A stretch of 64,000 nt of DNA from a virus, in the IMG/VR virus record IMGVR_UViG_3300044617_001255, positions 1 to 64,000 of that record. One strand, written 5' to 3'. The notes beneath the pieces were generated by a model. The model saw nothing but the letters and a program-made list of their open reading frames with translations. It was not told the DNA's origin and did not search any database. Positions 54,952 through 64,000 of this stretch are shown here, piece by piece. Within the stretch, counting starts at the first letter, position 1, and every line of letters starts with the position of its first letter. Both the position numbers and the translations under genes were made by a program.

Positions 54952-55224
54952 ATGTATAGATTATTGTTTTTAGGATTGTTCTTACTTTTTGTTGGTTGTA
55001 ATACAACTCCAGAAATTATTCCAGACCCACCACCAGATAGCCCAGTTGTTATGAAATTAAAGAATGACATAGTTACTGGTAACGCAACCACATTCTGGGG
55101 ATGGATTCTTTGGTATGTTCCTGTTCTACTTCTTGTGGTAGCATGGGCATACAGAGAGTTCTTCTATAAGCCAAAAAAGAATGGAATTAATCACGATAAA
55201 CAAGATACTCAAGTAGTTGAGTAA
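54952..55224 (+). CDS. Lipoprotein with C-terminal TM helix (u-spanin-like topology)
   Basis: LFVGC lipobox plus WGWILWYVPVLLLVVAW. Confidence 0.45.
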   Translation: MYRLLFLGLFLLFVGCNTTPEIIPDPPPDSPVVMKLKNDIVTGNATTFWGWILWYVPVLLLVVAWAYREFFYKPKKNGINHDKQDTQVVE

Positions 55225-55772
55225 TTGATATTATCAAATAATTTTTTACAAATAAAATAGGAATCTACGATATCCGATATCGGACTTCCTATATCTTTTT
55301 TCTCATAATTCATTCTAATTCGGAGATCTACACCTGTCTCCAGCATGAATGATTTATACATGGTTTCTTTATCTGCATTTCCCTTACCAGTTGCATATTT
55401 CTTGGCTACTGTTGGTTCAACTATAGTCACAGGTATTCCCATCTCATATAATTTATATTTAAGAACTCCTGTATTTTCTGCAATATGAAATACCTTACCA
55501 GTTGAATTGTAAGAATATCCTTCTAGTGCGACTTGTTGACACCCTAATACAATCTCAAGAGCCCAGTCTGCTATGGACTTGTATCTTTCTACTTCGCTAT
55601 TCCAATCGTTAAAATTTTCACCTATTAGATTATAGGTGTGTAAATCCTCTACAGTATACTTTTTCGTATCTGTTAAGTAATAAAATGTGCAATGGTCAAA
55701 GGAGAAGAAATCTCCGTTGAATACGCAAATGCTAGGTCCGCACAATGAATAATCTATTCCTGCTATTATCAT
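55209..55772 (-). CDS. RuvC-like Holliday junction resolvase
   Basis: GIDYSL, ALEGY, AENTG.LK, KK.ATG.GNADK, DIVDS. Confidence 0.8.
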   Translation of the reverse strand: MIIAGIDYSLCGPSICVFNGDFFSFDHCTFYYLTDTKKYTVEDLHTYNLIGENFNDWNSEVERYKSIADWALEIVLGCQQVALEGYSYNSTGKVFHIAENTGVLKYKLYEMGIPVTIVEPTVAKKYATGKGNADKETMYKSFMLETGVDLRIRMNYEKKDIGSPISDIVDSYFICKKLFDNINYSTT

Positions 55773-55791
55773 ACAAGAATATTTATCCAAT

Positions 55792-55818
55792 AAAAAAAGC
55801 CACCCGAAGGTGGCTTTG
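55792..55818. terminator. Intrinsic terminator
   Basis: aaaaaaagccac-ccgaag-gtggctttg; CUUCGG loop and U-tract on - strand. Confidence 0.75.
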
Positions 55819-55834
55819 TTAATTAACTGTCTTT

Positions 55835-56197
55835 TTATCGACAGTTAGGTAAAACAACAGGTACTGCGCACCCACCAGTCCAGACTGGATAGTAGGGTAC
55901 AATCGGTTGTGGATATGTAAAATAGGCAGGTGCTCCGATTGCCATTTGCTGGGTTGTGGCTGCAACTGGTACTTGGGTAGGGAAAGGCCAGGTAGTTGGT
56001 CCACAGTAGCCAGTATAGGTTACTGGATAGAATCCAGATCCAGCATATGCTCCAGAATATGCACCATATCCATTTGATGCCCCTACTGCTACTGATGTTC
56101 CACCACCAGAATAACCAAAACTAAATGCTGATTGGGCACGGGAAGGAGCAGTTAGAAATGCAACTGCTAGGCATACAATAGAAACCAGATACTTCAA
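55835..56197 (-). CDS. Secreted G/Y/P-rich protein
   Basis: Signal peptide ..SRA-Q. Confidence 0.5.
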   Translation of the reverse strand: MKYLVSIVCLAVAFLTAPSRAQSAFSFGYSGGGTSVAVGASNGYGAYSGAYAGSGFYPVTYTGYCGPTTWPFPTQVPVAATTQQMAIGAPAYFTYPQPIVPYYPVWTGGCAVPVVLPNCR

Positions 56198-56442
56198 TTT
56201 GAACTCCTTGTGGAACGGCGAGGACGGGAATCCATAGAATCAGCAACATTATTTGAAAGTTCATCCAACTTACTCTCAAGCTTGTCAATTCTCATTTGAA
56301 TACGCTCTTCTTGATGCCACTTTCTTTCGTTTTCAATGTCACGCTCATGATTATTATTAATGTCATTCAAATACATCATAATAAAAATAATAATACATGA
56401 AATGAAAGAAATTCCTGCTGCAATCTCAAAATATAGTGTCAT
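56194..56442 (-). CDS. Membrane-anchored coiled-coil protein
   Basis: N-terminal TM; promoter TTGACA-N16-TACAAT at 56465-56492. Confidence 0.55.
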   Translation of the reverse strand: MTLYFEIAAGISFISCIIIFIMMYLNDINNNHERDIENERKWHQEERIQMRIDKLESKLDELSNNVADSMDSRPRRSTRSSN

Positions 56443-56488
56443 TTTATTTCCTTTCGTTGGGTTTATTGTACCACACTAATTCAACATG

Positions 56489-58414
56489 TCAAGAACTAAC
56501 TAGATCAACCATCTCACACTTATCGCCGGTGCAGGCAAATGTCTGCGTTCCAGATGTTTGGTCTTGCTTCTCATAATTCTTTAGAAGTGACCAATCAACA
56601 TTCTTTGGCATTCTAGCCAACATTTCTTCATACTCTTCTTTTGTGCAATCCTGGTATGGAGCCTGACGATATGAATGGTCAGAATGAGGAAGGAATGAAA
56701 TACCGCTAATATCATCGAAGTGCTTATATACCCAAGCACCAACTTCCATCCATTCGTGCTCCTTTACTGTTACTGTAATACTTGGCTTATGTTCACACCA
56801 GAACTTCTGATAAGCAAGCCATAGATTCAAATGTTCAATTGCAGTCATATCACTTCGTGTTACAGAACCTTCAGCCTTCATTGGAAATGAGAAGACCATT
56901 ACATTATCTGGTTTCATCACGCATGGCTCATGTGGGAATCCCATCTCCATCATCATGCTGCAAAGAGGATCCTTTCGATCTGCACGAACTGTACGAATGT
57001 AGTATTCGTTGTGTCGAGCATGAATACCTGAAGCAGCATCAGTCAATTGTGATACTGTACCAGATGGTTTGATACAAGTAATTGCAGCAGCCTGATTGAT
57101 CTTAATCTTCTTAGCCCATTCCTTATTTGTATCAATTGCTGTTTGCTTGAGTGTTGTTAAAATTTCAGGTAACTTAGATCCATTTATTCTAAGCATTTCA
57201 TTATCCATGATACCAGTCAACGATACACCAAGCAATGCTTCCTCTTCGCAATTATTCTTCCATTCCGAAGAAAGATATGGAAAATGAGTCAAAGATGCTT
57301 GCCATGTTCCTAGAATAGATGCCAGACGAATCTTTCTCTTGAGTGATTCTACTGTATCTTCCTTGCGAACTATAACTTCTGTAAGATTGCAGAATTCACG
57401 ATCACGAAGAATGATTTCTGAACATGGGTTTGTTCCGAAATCATAGTTTGGATCACGGCGATCTCCAAGTTTTTCTACAGTCTTTTTACAGGCATCACGA
57501 TTGAAGATACCACGCTCTCCACTCTTGCTCTTATAAAGAGAAACCCATTCTTCCATATAAACGCCAATTTCAGGCTTCTCTTTGTAGGCTACTGAATTGT
57601 TGGAAAGTGCTCGTTGTGGATTTGCCTCCCACCAAGCACCAACCTTGGCTTCTCTCATCCGCTCATCCGTGAGATTCGATAGGCTAATAAGAGCAGATCT
57701 ACGGACTCCTCCCACCACCACAATCTCTGCAATTTTACATACGATATCGTGGCATTCGATCGAAGTGAGCTTTCTCCCTGCTGCTCTCTTAAAAGTATCA
57801 CAGGTGAACCTGAAAAGATCATCAAGGGGCTTTGGACCGGAGGCTCTTCCACCAAATACTTTGAGCCTCGCACCAGCAGGACGTATTTTCGATAGGTCCC
57901 ATTTTGGTATTTGACCACCAATGAGTAGGGAGATAAGTTCTTTGTAAGCTTTAGCCCAGCCACCTTTAGAATCCTGTACAACAATCGTGGTGTCTGAATT
58001 AGTAAATTGTTCAGCAATTGTAGGGAGTTTTTCAACATATTGCCTTTCTACCGAGAAACCAACTCCGGTTCCACACATTAAAACGTAAAGTATTTCATCA
58101 AATGCACGAACTCTATTTACTGCAACGTATGAGCAATTATATCCAGCAGTGTTGTCACGGTGAAGTGCTTCGCCTGCAGTCATGAGTGCTCTCATGCTTG
58201 GCATGATCTCAAGATTCAAAACAGCAGTCTCAAGTTCAGAACGAAGATCCTTTGAAAGAATGAACTTATGATTCTCCTTCAAGTGATTTTCAAAGAAATC
58301 AAAATATCTTTTTACTGTCTCTTCCCAAGTTTCTCTTCTATTTTCACTTTCAAGCCATCTTGAATAACGTGAAAGGTGAATGAAATCTTGATATAGAGTC
58401 GGTAAATTCTTCAT
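56489..58414 (-). CDS. nrdJ: Class II (adenosylcobalamin-dependent) ribonucleotide reductase, monomeric type
   Basis: MPSMR, NCSY, GTGVG, RRSALISL, TNPCSEI, KPSGT, C-terminal CTGDKC. Confidence 0.85.
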   Translation of the reverse strand: MKNLPTLYQDFIHLSRYSRWLESENRRETWEETVKRYFDFFENHLKENHKFILSKDLRSELETAVLNLEIMPSMRALMTAGEALHRDNTAGYNCSYVAVNRVRAFDEILYVLMCGTGVGFSVERQYVEKLPTIAEQFTNSDTTIVVQDSKGGWAKAYKELISLLIGGQIPKWDLSKIRPAGARLKVFGGRASGPKPLDDLFRFTCDTFKRAAGRKLTSIECHDIVCKIAEIVVVGGVRRSALISLSNLTDERMREAKVGAWWEANPQRALSNNSVAYKEKPEIGVYMEEWVSLYKSKSGERGIFNRDACKKTVEKLGDRRDPNYDFGTNPCSEIILRDREFCNLTEVIVRKEDTVESLKRKIRLASILGTWQASLTHFPYLSSEWKNNCEEEALLGVSLTGIMDNEMLRINGSKLPEILTTLKQTAIDTNKEWAKKIKINQAAAITCIKPSGTVSQLTDAASGIHARHNEYYIRTVRADRKDPLCSMMMEMGFPHEPCVMKPDNVMVFSFPMKAEGSVTRSDMTAIEHLNLWLAYQKFWCEHKPSITVTVKEHEWMEVGAWVYKHFDDISGISFLPHSDHSYRQAPYQDCTKEEYEEMLARMPKNVDWSLLKNYEKQDQTSGTQTFACTGDKCEMVDLVSS

Positions 58415-58487
58415 ATTTTGTTCTCCCAATGATAAAGCGGTACAGTATGTAGCCAAGTGTAAAAATGCAACGAATAAAGATTTTGAA

Positions 58488-59108
58488 TCAACTTATTTTA
58501 TTATTTTTAAAAATCATTACTCCATTGCGATACCAAGGATTGTCCAGTATAATTTCATAAGAATCTGAATCTGACAGTACTTCATTTCTTATTTGTTCAC
58601 ATTTTCTTGAAGTAGTATCATCTAATCCGATAAATAAAGATCTGTCTTTCAATTTTAAATATTCTGAATAAGTTGAAAATTCACCACCATCAAGAAAGAG
58701 AAAATCTATTCTTTTCGGAATTTTACTCAAGACATTTGGACATTTTAGAAATGCATTGAGATCCTGTTCGAACCATAATTTTTCGTCAGGATGATAACAC
58801 CCTAGATGTTTATCATCCATTTCTTGAACATCAATAATTCTACCCCAAACAAACTTTGCCCAGTTAGGCAACATATCTTTCCAAATTTGAACTGCGGTAG
58901 AATGCATATTCAATTCCGCTTCAAGACTAAGAAACGATATTTCTTTCTTATTAGAATCGGATAGACCACGAATGATACATTCGGTGCTTCCCAATCCTTT
59001 CCATGTGCCTATTTCTACAACAGTTTTTATTGATGAATTTTTCAGACACAATTCATACAACTTGTGTCCAAATTGACTTTCTAACTTTATTTGTCCATAT
59101 TCTTCCAT
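58488..59108 (-). CDS. SAM-dependent methyltransferase-like protein
   Basis: VVEIGTW.G.GS, FLDGG, LDD. Confidence 0.6.
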   Translation of the reverse strand: MEEYGQIKLESQFGHKLYELCLKNSSIKTVVEIGTWKGLGSTECIIRGLSDSNKKEISFLSLEAELNMHSTAVQIWKDMLPNWAKFVWGRIIDVQEMDDKHLGCYHPDEKLWFEQDLNAFLKCPNVLSKIPKRIDFLFLDGGEFSTYSEYLKLKDRSLFIGLDDTTSRKCEQIRNEVLSDSDSYEIILDNPWYRNGVMIFKNNKIS

Positions 59109-59111
59109 AAA

Positions 59112-59537
59112 TTATAAATTATTTGCAGCCATATACTCATCAATCTGCTCATGTGAATTCAACAACGAAATTTGTTCTCTTTTTTGTCTTAAAGATAATA
59201 TATTTTCTGTAATCGTATCTATACAGCAGTTATCATTTGTAGAACATGAACATTGAAATTCTTTTGTAATCTCAAAACTAATTGCCCTTCGTTCTTCCTG
59301 TGTTAAAATCATTAGTAAAGTTTCTTTACGATCATTAACACTCAGATCCTTAACACCCCATACAATCTCTACAGGAGTCTTGCTAGTATCAAAATAATAC
59401 CCCTCTACAATTTGTCTATTTGGAATAGGATTTGCTAATATATCCACTGCTTCACGCCAATCACCTTCTCTGTTTGGATTGTAACCCAAACATTCAACTA
59501 CTACACCTTCTTCAACACGTACCCAATAATTTGCCAT
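59112..59537 (-). CDS. Hypothetical protein (tail-fibre assembly-like context)
   Basis: RBS AAGGAG; position in fibre module. Confidence 0.45.
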   Translation of the reverse strand: MANYWVRVEEGVVVECLGYNPNREGDWREAVDILANPIPNRQIVEGYYFDTSKTPVEIVWGVKDLSVNDRKETLLMILTQEERRAISFEITKEFQCSCSTNDNCCIDTITENILSLRQKREQISLLNSHEQIDEYMAANNL

Positions 59538-61308
59538 TTTCAGTCTCCTTTTTGCTGTATCTTGAATTTAATTCTTCTTTCAATTCAATCATTGGAGCAT
59601 TCCAAGAACCATATTTAGTTTGTCTAAAAAGTCTAACGGAATCGTAATATGGAGTCCTATTTCCTGGTACTGCCCATAAGTAATAATGTAAAACAGGAAC
59701 AATTATCCAAGTATCTATTCCCATTGCTCCGCTCATGTGTGCAATACTTGTGCACGATGATACAACTAAATCACATTTTGATAGTTCTGCACGGGTGTCC
59801 TCCCATGAATCCAAACGCACCTTCCTCATCCACGGCGGAGTCTCGTCTATTCCCTCATCACGCTGTAAGCATACAAAGTCTGCGTCTATCCCATCAAATG
59901 CCTTGAAAAACGGCTTTAAAGGAAATCTGCGATTCTGTTCGTGCTCAAATTTTGGATTTCCCCACCATCTTATTCCGATAGTTGGTCTTTTACTTGGATT
60001 TGATATATACATTTTTGGAATATATGGTTTACCACTAATATCTGGATATTCATACCCAAGAGGGAGAAGTACAGACATGGCAGGAACCCACCAATCATGA
60101 TAAACACCCCCTGCAGCTTCATGTTGAATGATTGTTTTTATCCCTTCACAACATTTTACTACAGGAAATAATTCAGGTGAACATGCCACAATTACGTCAC
60201 ACCCTCGGCGCGTTATATCTTTAATATATCTAAGCGCATGTATTTGATCTCCAAGTCCTCCCTCAAGATAATAAAGAATAGTTCCCATTCCTTTTCCGTC
60301 CCATATTTGAGTTGGAACAGGAGGTTTGGGATTTCCGAAACATTTATCATAACGACCACGGGAAAGATATTCCATACCTTGTTGTAATTTATTTTGTCCT
60401 AAAGCAAACCATCCCATATTAAATGCAATTTTGTTGCATATTGGATTTTCTTTTTGTGCTTCGCATAAAATTTTATATGCTTGTTTTGATTTACCCTGCA
60501 TAGAAAGACGTACTGATTGATCAATTTTTTTAGGAATTACTGAATCAAAAGATTCACCTTTCCAAAACTTTGGAGGATCAAAATTATCATAATGATATCC
60601 CAATATTTCTTTTGCACTAATATTATGTTGTCTCTCAAGGCGAGAACCAATTTTGTGAAGATTTGGAATACCCCATATTTCATCATCTCGTTCTGCTACT
60701 ACTTGAGTATCCAAAGAATTAAAATTATAGACATGGGAATTTATATTTAAAAATGTGTGAATACGATTCATCTGTTCTTGTGGATTGGTAAGAAGATCCT
60801 CATAGTCTACAAACAAAAAACAATCAGGATTTTGTTTGTATCCATTATAAAGAGTAGCATATGAGGTTTTAAGATGTTCAACTAATTGTGAGTCAAATAG
60901 AAATGTTTGAAGATCAGTAGGTTTTGCAAGTCTTACAAATGATGCTGCACATTCTGCAGGATGTCTAACTGTTGCAATAATTTTTGGTTTTTTACCAAGA
61001 ACTTTTTCTAAAGTATTCACAATTTGAGGATTTGCCCATCCGCGACTTTTATCTATTATAATTGGTTTATGTATGGATTCATATTTTGTGTACATCACAG
61101 ATTTTAATAAACTATAAACTTCATGTTTATCTGTTTTTTGTGTATGAATCGCAGGAGAAGATTCCCATGCATTGCATACTGCACCCATAAGATCTATAAG
61201 CCCACTAGTAGTGGTAGAATGTATTTCAGGATGTTGAGTTAATAGAGAAGATAAAACAGTTGAACCGCTACGTGGAATTCCAGCTAAAAAATGCACAGTA
61301 TTATTCAT
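59512..61308 (-). CDS. Sulfotransferase-domain protein fused to TPR and GT9-like (GT-B) domain
   Basis: GIPRSGST, VR.P, YEDL; WDG, E.GLGDQI, W.GNP, DLVVS.CTS.AH..GA.G, YDSVRLFRQ. Confidence 0.8.
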   Translation of the reverse strand: MNNTVHFLAGIPRSGSTVLSSLLTQHPEIHSTTTSGLIDLMGAVCNAWESSPAIHTQKTDKHEVYSLLKSVMYTKYESIHKPIIIDKSRGWANPQIVNTLEKVLGKKPKIIATVRHPAECAASFVRLAKPTDLQTFLFDSQLVEHLKTSYATLYNGYKQNPDCFLFVDYEDLLTNPQEQMNRIHTFLNINSHVYNFNSLDTQVVAERDDEIWGIPNLHKIGSRLERQHNISAKEILGYHYDNFDPPKFWKGESFDSVIPKKIDQSVRLSMQGKSKQAYKILCEAQKENPICNKIAFNMGWFALGQNKLQQGMEYLSRGRYDKCFGNPKPPVPTQIWDGKGMGTILYYLEGGLGDQIHALRYIKDITRRGCDVIVACSPELFPVVKCCEGIKTIIQHEAAGGVYHDWWVPAMSVLLPLGYEYPDISGKPYIPKMYISNPSKRPTIGIRWWGNPKFEHEQNRRFPLKPFFKAFDGIDADFVCLQRDEGIDETPPWMRKVRLDSWEDTRAELSKCDLVVSSCTSIAHMSGAMGIDTWIIVPVLHYYLWAVPGNRTPYYDSVRLFRQTKYGSWNAPMIELKEELNSRYSKKETENGKLLGTC

Positions 61309-61337
61309 AATAATTACTCCATAATATATATGTGAAA

Positions 61338-63503
61338 CTAACGAGTTCCCATGGTATGAGTAGAACTAGGTCCTGTTACAATTGTTTTCCAATCTGTATC
61401 TGTACCTATTTGCACAGGAGAATTTACTCTAAAAGCAGGATTATCGAATCCTAATGCATATTGTGCATTATTTCCCCAAGCCCAAATTGTTCCGTTTGTT
61501 TTAATAGCTATGCTACCCAAACGCATTGCCCCTACAACTGCCCAGTCTGTTGCAGTTCCTATTTGCACTGGTGATGATCTATTTGTTAAATCTCCTAATC
61601 CTAATTGACCAACATTATTATATCCCCAACTCCACATTGTTCCATTAGTTTTCAGAGCAATAGTATGATATCTTCCTACTGCTGCAGAAGACCAATCTGT
61701 TAGAGTTCCTATTTGGACAGGACTACTTGTAGCATTTGTTCTGGCTGTTTGTCCTCTTGTACTACCTCCCCATGCCCATAAAGATCCTGTTGTTTTTATT
61801 GCTATTGTAAAATCTGTTGATGGAATTGCAAAAGCCCAATTTGCATCTGTACCTACTTGAACTGGAGAAGAACGGTCTGTTGTATCTCCAAGACCTAAAC
61901 GTCCATTTAGATTTCTACCCCAAGCCCATAAAGTTCCACCAGTTTTAATTGCCATTGTGTGTTCAGTTCCTGCATTTGCCTTTGACCAATCTGTTGCAGT
62001 ACCTATTTGAACAGGAGAAGAGCGATTTGCGGTATCTCCAAGACCTAAACGCCCATTTCCACCAGAACCCCAAATCCATAAACTACCACCAGTTTTTAAA
62101 GCAACTGTATGAAGGTTCTGACAAGATACAAATGACCAATCTGTTTGTGTTCCCACCTGAACTGGACTACTTCTATTTACGCCTCCAATTACTCCGAGTC
62201 CTAATTGAGCAGAACCATTAGGTCCCCAAGCCCACAAACTTCCACTAGTTTTAATTGCAAAAGTATTTGTGTATCCAGTCATTACAAAAGACCAATCTGT
62301 TGATGTTCCTACTTGAACTGGAGAAGATCTAGTTATTCCATCCGATAATCCTAATTGCCCATACTGATTAAATCCCCATGCCCATAAGGTGTTATTAGTT
62401 TTTATAACAGATCCATGACGGGTTTGATTAGAATTTAAAGTGGACCAATCTGTACCTGTACCTATTTGAACTGGAGAAGATCTACTTGTAACTGGAAAAA
62501 ATCCTAATTGTCCAGATGAGTTTAATCCCCATCCCCACAAAGTTCCATTTGTTTTAGTTGCTAAAGTATGGTTTGCTCCAGAAGATATAAGTGACCAATC
62601 TGTATCTGTGCCTACCTGTACAGGAGAAGATCTATTTGTTAAATCTATCAATCCTAATTGTGCATTATTATTACGACCCCAAACCCATAAAGTTCCATTT
62701 GTCTTAGTAGCAACTGTGTGTGATCCTCCAGAACTAATTTTATTCCAATCACTACCTGTACCTATCTGCACAGGAGAAGATCTATTTGTTAGATCTCCTA
62801 ATCCTAGTTGACCATAACTATTACGACCCCAAGCCCAAAGAGTGTTGGTAGTTCTAATTGCTATTGTATGGTTATCTCCCGGACTTACTTTAGACCAATT
62901 AGTATCTGTACCTACCTGTACTGGTGAGGAACGACTATTAATGTTTCCTGATCCTAAACGACCATAATTACCAGCACCCCATGTCCATAAAGTTCCTGTG
63001 GTTTTAATTGCACCTGTAAAATTATTGGAAGTAGATACAGAAGCCCAATTTGTGTCCGTGCCTACTTGAACAGGGGATGAATAACTAGTAGTATTTCCAA
63101 GTCCTAATGCACCAAATGTTGAAGCAGAACCCCAACCCCAAAGAGTACCTGTAGTTCTAATTGCCATTGTATGATCTCCACCTGCACTAGCAATAGACCA
63201 ATTTGTATCAGTACCCACTTGAACTGGTGAAGATCTAGCTGTTGTATCTCCAAGACCTAATCGCCCACTGGAATTAGCACCCCAGGCCCATAATGTGCCA
63301 TTTGTTTTAGTGGATAAAGTATGTGTTCCACCAGTTGTTATAATAGACCAATCTGTATCTGTACCTACTTGAATTGGAGAAGTTTTATTTGTTGCATCTC
63401 TTAACCCTAATTGTCCCGATGTATTGAATCCCCACCCAAATAGTCTGAAAGTTCCAGATAAAGTAGGTTTTATAATCCATCCTCTGAAATTAGGAATAAT
63501 CAT
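61338..63503 (-). CDS. RCC1/BLIP-II repeat beta-propeller protein (putative receptor-binding or tail component)
   Basis: About 14 repeats of ~50 aa: GTLWAWG.N..GQLGLG....RSSPVQ(V/I)GT.T.W. Confidence 0.88.
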   Translation of the reverse strand: MIIPNFRGWIIKPTLSGTFRLFGWGFNTSGQLGLRDATNKTSPIQVGTDTDWSIITTGGTHTLSTKTNGTLWAWGANSSGRLGLGDTTARSSPVQVGTDTNWSIASAGGDHTMAIRTTGTLWGWGSASTFGALGLGNTTSYSSPVQVGTDTNWASVSTSNNFTGAIKTTGTLWTWGAGNYGRLGSGNINSRSSPVQVGTDTNWSKVSPGDNHTIAIRTTNTLWAWGRNSYGQLGLGDLTNRSSPVQIGTGSDWNKISSGGSHTVATKTNGTLWVWGRNNNAQLGLIDLTNRSSPVQVGTDTDWSLISSGANHTLATKTNGTLWGWGLNSSGQLGFFPVTSRSSPVQIGTGTDWSTLNSNQTRHGSVIKTNNTLWAWGFNQYGQLGLSDGITRSSPVQVGTSTDWSFVMTGYTNTFAIKTSGSLWAWGPNGSAQLGLGVIGGVNRSSPVQVGTQTDWSFVSCQNLHTVALKTGGSLWIWGSGGNGRLGLGDTANRSSPVQIGTATDWSKANAGTEHTMAIKTGGTLWAWGRNLNGRLGLGDTTDRSSPVQVGTDANWAFAIPSTDFTIAIKTTGSLWAWGGSTRGQTARTNATSSPVQIGTLTDWSSAAVGRYHTIALKTNGTMWSWGYNNVGQLGLGDLTNRSSPVQIGTATDWAVVGAMRLGSIAIKTNGTIWAWGNNAQYALGFDNPAFRVNSPVQIGTDTDWKTIVTGPSSTHTMGTR

Positions 63504-64000
63504 GTTGTCAAATTACCAGCAACATTAAATATATTTGTAGCATAACAAAATAATGTTGCTGCTCCATGTTGTGCTGAAATCTTCAATCCACTTGCAGAAT
63601 TAAGTGTAGTTCCAGATGCTACAAATGTAACTTGACCTGCCCCTGCTTGTATTACTGTACAACTAAAGCCTGCTGTCCCTACTGTAGTACTTACTGTTAA
63701 ATTTTGTGGAGTTGCAGCATCTATTACTATTATTTTTCCATTATCTGTTGTTCCTAGTGAAAAACCAGCTCCAGTGGCTCCAACAGAAGAAGATGTTACT
63801 CTGTAACCTTCATTTGCAGTCATATTTCCTGTTAAAGTTACATCATCATTTGTTATAGTAAATCCACCAGTAGCTCCTGCAACACCATTATTATTAAATA
63901 TTATTTGAGTATTTGAACCTGCTACTGGACCAGTGGCACCTGTTGTTCCTTGAACACCAGTTGCACCTGTGGTTCCTTGAAGACCTGTGGCACCAGTTGC
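63500..64000 (-). CDS. C-terminal part of a collagen-like tail-fibre protein (5' end beyond window)
   Basis: Frame open to window edge: GAT-GLQ-GTT-GAT-GVQ-GTT-GAT-GPV then GSNTQIIFN. Confidence 0.75.
   Translation of the reverse strand, partial: ATGATGLQGTTGATGVQGTTGATGPVAGSNTQIIFNNNGVAGATGGFTITNDDVTLTGNMTANEGYRVTSSSVGATGAGFSLGTTDNGKIIVIDAATPQNLTVSTTVGTAGFSCTVIQAGAGQVTFVASGTTLNSASGLKISAQHGAATLFCYATNIFNVAGNLTT

Noticed and set aside
61338-63503. Diversity-generating retroelement TR/VR pair
   Set aside because: Repeats are in-frame RCC1 blades with ordinary synonymous divergence; no reverse transcriptase in the window

Overview
A 64-kb segment of a large T4-like myovirus. T4 late promoters (TATAAATA), PAAR, Hsp20, CobS-like AAA+/vWA pair, class II RNR, RuvC-like and Cas4-like nucleases, and many proteins with a T4 capsid-targeting N-terminus support this. 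The bulk is AT-rich and carries glycosyltransferases, purA, guaC, a TrmH methyltransferase and 10 tRNAs that mostly read A-ending codons. It surrounds a GC-rich early island (about 22.3-35.6 kb) of leaderless gene cassettes driven mostly by TTGACA-N16-TAYAAT promoters, which points to a GC-rich diderm host. Most notable: (1) a ~120-nt late small RNA at 3550-3669 (- strand) with its own TATAAATA promoter and a GAAA-loop terminator, complementary to 23S rRNA helices 69-70 and both flanks of helix 71 (47/52 identities to E. coli 1913-1945 plus 1961-1979, compared from memory), with H71 exactly skipped; (2) five intergenic 61-78 bp inverted-repeat elements with fixed TGTTGACAGCG/CGCTGTCAACA ends and co-varying inner stems, associated with CCWGG sites that the large neighbouring genes lack. 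All protein calls are from motif recognition only; no database search was run, and GC values are by-eye estimates.
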